DNA of 64,000 nt, taken from the IMG/VR virus record IMGVR_UViG_3300042898_001429, positions 30,523 through 94,522 of that record. One strand, 5' to 3'. Of the stretch, positions 57,626 through 64,000 are shown one piece after another. A program made the position numbers and the translations under genes. The stretch comes from a virus. The notes under the pieces are model-generated. The model was not told where the DNA came from, made no database searches, and saw only the letters and a program-made list of their open reading frames with translations. The number at the start of each line of letters is the position of its first letter. Within the stretch, counting starts at the first letter, position 1.

Positions 57626-57897
57626 TAGAAATCACGCTCTACTAACTCATAGCCCATGACTAAGTCAATGTACCAAGAGTCATCTACTTGAAACTCTGCT
57701 TCATGCTGTGCAATGGCTTTTAGCAAACGTTGTTGCTCGTGGTCAGTAAAGTAGTAGAACACTTCGTCATCAGGTATTCCATATGAGTCATGCTTCATGT
57801 CTGTCTCATAATCATATGTGCCGAATGATACGTAAAAGTATTCAGGGTCTTCGTTGAGCCACACTACGTGGCACTTTATTCCAATAATTGTTGTCAT
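57625..57897 (-). CDS. Hypothetical acidic protein
   Basis: GAGGT RBS after promoter 19. Confidence 0.7.
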   Translation of the reverse strand: MTTIIGIKCHVVWLNEDPEYFYVSFGTYDYETDMKHDSYGIPDDEVFYYFTDHEQQRLLKAIAQHEAEFQVDDSWYIDLVMGYELVERDF

Positions 57898-58163
57898 CGT
57901 GTTACCTCTACCTTTACTTTACTGTGGAGTGTATTGAGCCGAGGGAGGGGGGCACGAGATAAGCGCACAGGAGGAGACACATGGAATGCCTTACCCCATT
58001 GCATATCATCTTCTGCCACAACGTCCTCGTACTCAACTACTTTGCCTTGCTCGTGGTCAATGAAGAGCAGTAGATTGCCTGCGTGGTCAATGTGTATCCC
58101 GACATACCAATCGTCCATGTGTAGGTACGATGTGCCGTCTCGCTGAACGATATTGTTATTCAT
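57894..58163 (-). CDS. Hypothetical protein
   Basis: Likely start MNNNIV. Confidence 0.55.
   Translation of the reverse strand: MNNNIVQRDGTSYLHMDDWYVGIHIDHAGNLLLFIDHEQGKVVEYEDVVAEDDMQWGKAFHVSPPVRLSRAPLPRLNTLHSKVKVEVTR
57916..57952 (-). promoter_or_regulatory. Cassette promoter 19 (short leader)
   Basis: TCGGCT-N15-TAAAGT. Confidence 0.8.
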
Positions 58164-58344
58164 CGTATTCCACAATTTCCCATGGTCTGTCCCAGCCCAC
58201 AGAGCCATCTGAGTCTTCTGACTTTAGTTGGTCATCATCATAAGAGTTGTAGATGTTCTCTGCCTCTTCTGCCGACTCTGCCTCAATCACGTACATATGA
58301 CTGACGTTTTCAGTTACATAAACTGCGTATTGTTTCTTGCTCAT
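58156..58344 (-). CDS. Small acidic protein (IEAESAEEAE motif)
   Basis: Likely start MSKKQY after AAAGG RBS. Confidence 0.6.
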   Translation of the reverse strand: MSKKQYAVYVTENVSHMYVIEAESAEEAENIYNSYDDDQLKSEDSDGSVGWDRPWEIVEYDE

Positions 58345-58499
58345 CTCTGAGACCTTTCTATTTGTTTGGTTTCGGTTGCTATTACTTCTTGTGTGGTGTC
58401 TACACACACGGACTCGTTCCATCCGAACTTGAGTGTTGCCTCATATGCGCTGTCTGCTTCTACTTCATGTACGTGACGAGTGATTATTTCATATGTCAT
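58341..58499 (-). CDS. Small protein (VEADSAYEA motif, 52 aa)
   Basis: Manual ORF MTYEIITRHVHEVEADSAYEA...; ATGA overlap. Confidence 0.45.
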   Translation of the reverse strand: MTYEIITRHVHEVEADSAYEATLKFGWNESVCVDTTQEVIATETKQIERSQR

Positions 58500-58513
58500 G
58501 GTGTATAAAGGCA

Positions 58514-58837
58514 TTACTTATTCCAATCTGTTGGGAAAGGAATGGGGATTTCGTATTCCTCATCGTAGTTGGGTACACCATTGACTACTGGGTAAGCAAG
58601 GCAGACAATGTCTGTCAAGTTACGGCTGACGTAGTTGAGGTCTACCCTGTCGCCAAAGGCAAACCAGTAGTCCATCTCTTCAATGTCATATCCGCTTGGC
58701 TCATCCAGTTGTTTGCGATAATCGGTGAGCATATCATCTAGTTTTTCCTTGATGGCGTGCTCAACTGCAAAAGCAGTAATCTGCTCAAGGTTGCGCTGGA
58801 TGTAGTGGAATGTATCGTCATATTCTTGTGGGGTCAT
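58514..58837 (-). CDS. Hypothetical acidic protein
   Basis: Leaderless start. Confidence 0.7.
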   Translation of the reverse strand: MTPQEYDDTFHYIQRNLEQITAFAVEHAIKEKLDDMLTDYRKQLDEPSGYDIEEMDYWFAFGDRVDLNYVSRNLTDIVCLAYPVVNGVPNYDEEYEIPIPFPTDWNK

Positions 58838-58843
58838 GTCATT

Positions 58844-58881
58844 ACCTTAGTTGTTAGTGGGTTGAGCCGAGGGGGAGGGGG
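58844..58881 (-). promoter_or_regulatory. Cassette promoter 20 (leaderless)
   Basis: TCGGCT-N15-TAAGGT-N6-ATG. Confidence 0.85.
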
Positions 58882-59008
58882 TCACGGGTTTGGCTAACCA
58901 TGTCCGTAACGATTTGCATTCTTTACAGAATTGGTCGCCCATGGCATTTCTTATTACTGCCTTAGTTTCTAAGCAGTAGTCACATGTATCTGTTCGTGTT
59001 GTTTCCAT
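58847..59008 (-). CDS. Small Zn-finger protein (53 aa)
   Basis: Manual ORF METTRTDTCDYC...FCKEC..., headed by promoter 21. Confidence 0.6.
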   Translation of the reverse strand: METTRTDTCDYCLETKAVIRNAMGDQFCKECKSLRTWLAKPVTPSPSAQPTNN

Positions 59009-59014
59009 AACCCC

Positions 59015-59055
59015 ACTTTAGTTTGTAGGGTTGGTAGCCAATGGGGAGGGGGGGG
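59015..59055 (-). promoter_or_regulatory. Cassette promoter 21 (leaderless)
   Basis: TTGGCT-N15-TAAAGT-N6-ATG. Confidence 0.85.
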
Positions 59056-59056
59056 T

Positions 59057-59088
59057 CTCCCTCGGCTCGGTAATGAGTGTGCCAAGAT
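59057..59088 (+). promoter_or_regulatory. Cassette promoter 22, divergent, upstream of helicase
   Basis: CTCCC-TCGGCT-N15-CAAGAT (non-consensus first base), then AAGGAG RBS. Confidence 0.65.
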
Positions 59089-59108
59089 GGGCACAAGCAA
59101 GGAGACAC

Positions 59109-60992
59109 ATGAACGGCATTACACCAAGACAGCAACGTGACATACATGATGCACTAGAACAACGCATGACCCCACTAGAAATGGTTGGGTGCATTGACGA
59201 ATGGATTAGTTCCATGGAGTTAGACAAACTGACGTTCAAGTCAGCATCCACATTGCTGGATTACTTAGCGTATCTTCCCGTAGAAAGAACGCCTGCGCTG
59301 GCTCACATCCCTGAAGAAGCCACACGCATAATTGTAAATACCGCTAAGGGCAAGTGCCACCTATGCAATGAGATAATCACTGCTGGTCAAGGGCACAAAG
59401 CCTTCATAAATGGTGCGTGGTGGATTTTTCATGCCGTTGATAAGTGCCCTGCCGTAAGTGTCGTAAATGACATCGTGTATTCCTCACAGTTACGACCAGC
59501 ACTTGATGAGTTTGTACAAACTTTAGACAAGGTAGAGGCACAGATTATCCCTGATGAGGCTTTGTTCAAGTTGTCAAGTTCTAAGGATTTTGACCTAGAT
59601 TTTGACCTAGAACTACCACTCCTTGGTTACCAAAGGTCGGCTGTTGAATACGTACGCCGTACCCATCGCACGTTGGTATGTCAGGACATGGGGCTTGGTA
59701 AGACACCGATTGGTATTGCTGTAGCGCATATGGCAGTAACCGAGGGTTACAAGGTAATGATTTCAGTACCTCCAAACCTTCTGTACCAATGGGGTGCTGA
59801 GATAAAGAGGTTCGCCCCTTGGCTCAAGGTGGCATCTATCAAGGGTCGTAAGACATACAAGTTGCCAAAGTGTGACGTGTTGTTAGTGCCTGACTCCATC
59901 ATTGACTCATGGCAGAACAAACTTGTCGGTAAGTTCACCAGTCTCATTGTTGATGAGGCACACCGCTTCAAGAGTGAGACAAGCAACCGCACTAGAGGCT
60001 TGTCTCTTATCGCCTCACAGGTTCCCAAAGATGGTTACTGTGTCCTGCTATCGGGAACTATTATTCCTAATCGCCCCTCAGAGTTTATTTCACCGTTGAA
60101 GATTATCGGGAGGCTTGACCCCATCTTTGGTACTAAGAGGCAGTTCCTCATTCGCTATTGCGATTACCAAATAGTCAACGGGTTTCCGTACACAAAGGGA
60201 GCCACCAACACCACGGAACTCAATGAGATACTCAGGAGCACCGTCTACTCACGTACTCGTAAAATTGACGTGTTAGAAGACCTACCCCCTAAGCGCAGAG
60301 CACAACTAGACATAGAATTATCCGATAGTTCTATGAACAAGTACCGCAATGCTGAGGCAGACTTCCTTGCTTGGGTCATGGAGAACTACGGGGCGGATGC
60401 GCACAAAGCGGCGAGCAAGGCTCCAGTCATCACAGAGATAAATAAACTTAGGCAGTTGCTTGGTGAGGCAAAGGTGGAGCCAGCGTGCGCTCACATCCGC
60501 TCACTGCTGGAGGCAGGAGAACAGGTCATTGCATTCGCATACCATTCCAGCGTCATCAACGCTCTCAAGGAACACTTCAAGAATGATGGAGTTGTCGTTG
60601 TTGCTGGTGGCATGACTGCCGAAGCCAAGAACAATGCCGTTACTAAGTTCACCAATGGTGAGGCTCGTTTGTTCATTGGACAGTACGAAGCAGCGAGTGT
60701 CGGTCTCAACCTTCAAGTTGCCAGCCACGTGGTCATGGTTGAAATACCATGGTCACCAAGTGTTGGTGCACAAGCAGAGGACAGGGCATGGCGCTATGGC
60801 GTCAAGAACGCCGTAGTTGCTTGGTGGCTGACAGCCATTGACCCCAATGCACCAACCATTGACGCTCGTATGTGGCGTATATGTAATGCCAAGCAAGAGA
60901 GCATCTCAGCATGTCTTGATGGTTGGGCTGAGGACATGAACGCCGAGGCAGGTAGTGTGACAGCCCTTCTCCTTGAAGAGATGATGTCATGA
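59109..60992 (+). CDS. SNF2-family (SMARCAL1/HARP-like) helicase
   Basis: DMGLGKT, IVDEAH, LLSGT, VGLNL, QAEDRAWRYG; start reassigned to ATG 59109 after AAGGAG. Confidence 0.9.
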   Translation: MNGITPRQQRDIHDALEQRMTPLEMVGCIDEWISSMELDKLTFKSASTLLDYLAYLPVERTPALAHIPEEATRIIVNTAKGKCHLCNEIITAGQGHKAFINGAWWIFHAVDKCPAVSVVNDIVYSSQLRPALDEFVQTLDKVEAQIIPDEALFKLSSSKDFDLDFDLELPLLGYQRSAVEYVRRTHRTLVCQDMGLGKTPIGIAVAHMAVTEGYKVMISVPPNLLYQWGAEIKRFAPWLKVASIKGRKTYKLPKCDVLLVPDSIIDSWQNKLVGKFTSLIVDEAHRFKSETSNRTRGLSLIASQVPKDGYCVLLSGTIIPNRPSEFISPLKIIGRLDPIFGTKRQFLIRYCDYQIVNGFPYTKGATNTTELNEILRSTVYSRTRKIDVLEDLPPKRRAQLDIELSDSSMNKYRNAEADFLAWVMENYGADAHKAASKAPVITEINKLRQLLGEAKVEPACAHIRSLLEAGEQVIAFAYHSSVINALKEHFKNDGVVVVAGGMTAEAKNNAVTKFTNGEARLFIGQYEAASVGLNLQVASHVVMVEIPWSPSVGAQAEDRAWRYGVKNAVVAWWLTAIDPNAPTIDARMWRICNAKQESISACLDGWAEDMNAEAGSVTALLLEEMMS

Positions 60993-61030
60993 CCCCCTCC
61001 CCCTTGGCTTTAAGACCGAACAGATAATAT
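60993..61030 (+). promoter_or_regulatory. Cassette promoter 23 (leadered)
   Basis: TGA|CCCCCTCCCCC-TTGGCT-N15-TAATAT. Confidence 0.85.
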
Positions 61031-61076
61031 AAGACCAACAGGGACAACGTCCCAACAAACATAAGGAAATAATACA

Positions 61077-62108
61077 ATGAGCAGAGAAACTAGCAAGACG
61101 CTAAATACCATGACGCTAATCGGTAACGTCGCCAAGCGTGGTTCTAACGCATGGCATTATCGTGCAGAGTCCCAAGGTGGAGAGCCAAACCATTACGACG
61201 GAGCAATCCCCATTGAAGACGTTGAGCGCCGTCTCTTCTTCTGGAACGCTGTTGAAGCACCAGTATTCGTAGGCGTCCGTGACGAGCGTGGAGACATCAT
61301 CCGTTACATTGAACAGCCTGACCGCAAAGCAATCATGCGTGATGACAACAACCACGTGATGGGTATGTTCAAGGAAGATTACGCTATCCATCAGTATCGC
61401 CACACACTTCTTGACAACGTCAGCAACATCATTGACAACAACCAACTGGTTGTGGACTCTGCTGGATGCTTGCGTGAAGGTGCCATCGCTTGGGTAGCAG
61501 TATCCATGCCCGACAACATTGAAACCTCAGCGGGTTTCCCTGTACGCCCAATCTTGTTGGCAACCACCAGCCACAACGGAACTATCGCAACCACCTACAA
61601 GCAGGTGTATAACGCCCCTGTATGTGACAACACGTTGTTCGCAGGTTTAGGTACTGATGGAGCACAATTCAAGGCTCGCCATAGCAAGCACAGTGATATG
61701 AAAATCCAATCAATTCGTGAAGCACTGGACATCGTGTTCAGCATGAGCGAAGACATCATTGCTGAGATTGAAAGACTGTCCAACATTACAGTCACTGCTA
61801 ATGAGTGGGACGCCATTGTCAATCGCCTCATCCCTGTGGGAGAAGCAGAAACTACTCATCAAGTGTCCATTACACGTATGCAGAACAAGCAAGAAATAAT
61901 GCGTAACCTGTACCGTACCGACCCAATGGTTGCGCCATGGCATGGCACCGCATTGGGAGTTCTTCAGGCTTTCAATACCTTCCAGCACCACGTTGCTGGT
62001 GACAACAAGACACGTTCAGAGCGCAATGCAATGAACTCACTCAACGGAAAGATACAGCAGTCAGACGCCAACGTAATCTCAGTCATCAACGACTTGGTAC
62101 TGGCGTGA
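61077..62108 (+). CDS. DUF932 family phage/plasmid protein
   Basis: AWH, DSAGCLREG, LLATTSHNG, VCDNTL, RHS, GTALGVLQAF motifs. Confidence 0.8.
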   Translation: MSRETSKTLNTMTLIGNVAKRGSNAWHYRAESQGGEPNHYDGAIPIEDVERRLFFWNAVEAPVFVGVRDERGDIIRYIEQPDRKAIMRDDNNHVMGMFKEDYAIHQYRHTLLDNVSNIIDNNQLVVDSAGCLREGAIAWVAVSMPDNIETSAGFPVRPILLATTSHNGTIATTYKQVYNAPVCDNTLFAGLGTDGAQFKARHSKHSDMKIQSIREALDIVFSMSEDIIAEIERLSNITVTANEWDAIVNRLIPVGEAETTHQVSITRMQNKQEIMRNLYRTDPMVAPWHGTALGVLQAFNTFQHHVAGDNKTRSERNAMNSLNGKIQQSDANVISVINDLVLA

Positions 62109-62119
62109 CATTGGTGGTG

Positions 62120-62154
62120 GGGGGAGAGGTGGTGTCAAACGCCATCTCTTTCCC
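62120..62154 (+). terminator. Hairpin after DUF932 gene
   Basis: GGGGGAGAGGTGGTGT-CAA-ACGCCATCTCTTTCCC, 16-bp stem with G-U pairs. Confidence 0.55.
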
Positions 62155-62170
62155 TAGCCTCCGCCATGTA

Positions 62171-62446
62171 ATGAACACAGGGTGGCGTGAAAACGCCAGT
62201 TGTGCAGACCTCCCAAAGGCTGTCTTCTTTGATTACCAATCAGGAACTACAGAACACAAAAAACAAACTGTTGCGTTAGCAATGGCGACTTGTAAGGGAT
62301 GTAAAGTGCGTTCTCAGTGTTATGAGTTCTCTGTGATGAACAATGAGCCATTCGGTATTTGGGCTGGGACGTACCCACACCACAGAAAGAGGCTGTTCAG
62401 ACAGTTCAAGGTTACAGGGATTCTAGAACCTCAAGAAGTCGTTTAG
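62171..62446 (+). CDS. whiB: WhiB family transcriptional regulator
   Basis: WRENASC...CKGCKVRSQC...FGIWAG; likely start MNTGW. Confidence 0.88.
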   Translation: MNTGWRENASCADLPKAVFFDYQSGTTEHKKQTVALAMATCKGCKVRSQCYEFSVMNNEPFGIWAGTYPHHRKRLFRQFKVTGILEPQEVV

Positions 62447-63485
62447 AACCAACCCCGATATCTCGTTTCCAAACGGCTTCACGTAACAGTGCGCCTTCTT
62501 TGGAACGGATGTCGGGGTTTTTTAATGCCTCAATATGTGCTATCCATTGTTTTGGTTTTTTAGCAACGCTCCCAAGACCCCACGCATCATGTAACTTACG
62601 ATACGACGGAAGGTCAGAGCCAACCCATGGTATTCCTGATGCTGAATACTCTAATAGTTTTATGTCAGACTTAGCGTGGTTGAATGGTAAGTCATTCAAT
62701 GGAGCAAGACCAATGTCCATCTTTAACAGTGATGGGTATTGCTCAGGGTCACATGCAGGGGTTTTATCAACTGCTTCTTCAGGTAGCCCCCACTTGCTAG
62801 CGACTGATGGTGCACCGATGTGATATCCACCATGCATTACAAGTATCTCGTTACGCTCGTACATGGGCTTGATAATTCCTGAAAGTATCTCTAAGTCATT
62901 ACTTCTATGGTTGGTTGAGCCGACCCATCCGACTGTTGGCAGTCCATCTGTGTGCACCACGGGAGTGAACCTAGCCACGTCTACTGTGTTCTCTAAAACC
63001 AAGATAGGACAGTGCACGAACGCAGAAATCCTGTCAGCCAAGTAGTCGGTAGACACAGTAACTAAGTCACTGGCATTGAGAACGCTCTTGTAGTGGTTTG
63101 TGTTCTCATCAGGGCTTATCTTTGGGTGTGACGACTCAAAAGCAGAGTTGCTTGGTCGCAGTCCCCAATACCAGTCATCAAGGTCGTTGATAATGATTTG
63201 CCCATACGCTTGAGCATCTTTTATGTGTGCTGTCAGTGTTCCATGCATAAGACGCTGCATGTAAACAATATCAACATCATGTAGTTCTTTTGAGCCATCT
63301 TGAATGTCAATAGAGAAGTGGGTCTTGTTCCAAACTAGGAGACCCTCAAAAATCTCAACACCGTCACGAGACAGTGTAGACATGTATTGACCTAGGCGTA
63401 CCCAGCCAGCGCCACCCCAGTGTGATTTGCCGTCATAGGCTCTCTCCGCTGGAATCTTGTCCCCGCTTGCTATTCCTAATCTCAT
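62412..63485 (-). CDS. GT-B (GT4-like) glycosyltransferase
   Basis: INDLDD, VTVSTDYL, VGWVGS, DIGLAPL...FNHAKSDIKLLEYSASGIP. Confidence 0.85.
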   Translation of the reverse strand: MRLGIASGDKIPAERAYDGKSHWGGAGWVRLGQYMSTLSRDGVEIFEGLLVWNKTHFSIDIQDGSKELHDVDIVYMQRLMHGTLTAHIKDAQAYGQIIINDLDDWYWGLRPSNSAFESSHPKISPDENTNHYKSVLNASDLVTVSTDYLADRISAFVHCPILVLENTVDVARFTPVVHTDGLPTVGWVGSTNHRSNDLEILSGIIKPMYERNEILVMHGGYHIGAPSVASKWGLPEEAVDKTPACDPEQYPSLLKMDIGLAPLNDLPFNHAKSDIKLLEYSASGIPWVGSDLPSYRKLHDAWGLGSVAKKPKQWIAHIEALKNPDIRSKEGALLREAVWKRDIGVGSKRLLEVLESL

Positions 63486-63615
63486 CTTGTGGTTCCAATT
63501 CTATAATTCTGTTGGCTCGTTTTTGGCACTTGTGTGCAGGACGTGTTGATAAAGGTATGCCAGTGGACATACTAACACCACACGCATTGCATATATACTT
63601 TACTTCTTGTGTCAT
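63433..63615 (-). CDS. Small Zn-binding protein
   Basis: YICNACG...HKC. Confidence 0.45.
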   Translation of the reverse strand: MTQEVKYICNACGVSMSTGIPLSTRPAHKCQKRANRIIELEPQDEIRNSKRGQDSSGESL

Positions 63616-63659
63616 GTTTTTATGTTAGCGGGTTAAAGATGTCTTTGTATAGGACGCAT

Positions 63660-64000
63660 TCATGACTTAGGTCGTGTCTTCATCCACTCAAACATCCCAG
63701 CCTCTGTATAGCGGTCTCGTAATGGCTTGCGTGTTTTCCAGTTGACACAATCTCTTCCCCAGTTACTGGAGTCACGCCATCCGATAGCAGGTCTAAAGAA
63801 TGGTCGGTTGTTCAATTTGTCGTCAAGTGTTCTAAATACATTCTTGGTTTGATATCCAAAGAATGCCAAGCGATTAGCAACAACGATTTGCTCTTCTTTT
63901 GTTGCTCCCTTAGGTGAGTGTGAAAACTCTCTGCCTCCAAAGCCTTGCCATGCTGATTGAGCCATACCAAGACCACCTGCGTAGTAACCACCGTCATTCC
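63660..64000 (-). CDS. Rpf-like (transglycosylase-like) domain protein, 5' end outside window
   Basis: Frame open to window edge: WNDGGYYAGGLGMAQSAWQGFGG...ATKEEQIVVANRL. Confidence 0.75.
   Translation of the reverse strand, partial: NDGGYYAGGLGMAQSAWQGFGGREFSHSPKGATKEEQIVVANRLAFFGYQTKNVFRTLDDKLNNRPFFRPAIGWRDSSNWGRDCVNWKTRKPLRDRYTEAGMFEWMKTRPKS

Larger units (their letters stand above)
50276..61030. repeat. Dispersed family of 23 C-run-YYGGCT-N15-TANNNT elements (21 minus, 2 plus)
   Basis: Each copy read directly; N15 spacing invariant in all 23; +1 base is A in all 23. Confidence 0.95.

Noticed and set aside
50276-59055. CRISPR array interpretation of the repeated motif
   Set aside because: Intervals are gene-sized and variable (about 170-930 bp), the repeat has a free N15 core, and no cas genes are present
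50276-59055. Classical integron attC cassettes
   Set aside because: Motif is not palindromic, lacks RYYYAAC/GTTRRRY ends, and no tyrosine integrase is in the window; the geometry fits a promoter
50297-59055. G-quadruplex function of the GGGGGAGGGG strand
   Set aside because: Most copies have only two G-runs, too few for an intramolecular G4
59018-59251. Minus-strand 77-aa ORF (and 60802..61077)
   Set aside because: Antisense to the helicase or its promoter, with no own promoter or RBS
1-64000. tRNA/rRNA genes, integrase, transposase
   Set aside because: None recognised by eye; tRNAscan-SE/Aragorn would be needed to exclude tRNAs

Overview
A 64-kb internal segment of a large contractile-tailed (myovirus-type) phage of Actinomycetota. 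The host assignment rests on a WhiB gene, an Rpf-like transglycosylase, TANNNT leaderless promoters and actinobacterial-type parS sites; a Thr-rich surface protein hints at Acidimicrobiia. Layout: (i) 1-25 kb, minus strand: baseplate, tape measure with an M15 peptidase, tail tube and sheath, neck, major capsid, scaffold, portal and terminase. (ii) 25-41 kb: endolysin-like peptidase and a long modular tail-fibre/chaperone cluster. (iii) 41-50 kb: mucin-like surface protein, glycosyl- and methyltransferases, and small enzyme-like proteins (ADP-ribosyltransferase, ParB/Srx, papain-like) sharing an N-terminal L(S/N)xxQF-like motif. (iv) 50.1-50.7 kb: three perfect chromosomal-type parS palindromes. 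(v) 50.3-61 kb: 23 copies of a fixed-geometry element, C-run-YYGGCT-N15-TANNNT-N6-A(TG), nearly all heading a small, often acidic gene (including ArdA), 16 of them leaderless. The array ends in a divergent pair; the two plus-strand copies precede a SNF2-type helicase and a DUF932 gene. (vi) WhiB, a glycosyltransferase and an Rpf-like gene. The most notable observations are the promoter-cassette array, the parS cluster and the shared-motif effector cluster. All family calls come from motif recognition by eye; no database search was run.
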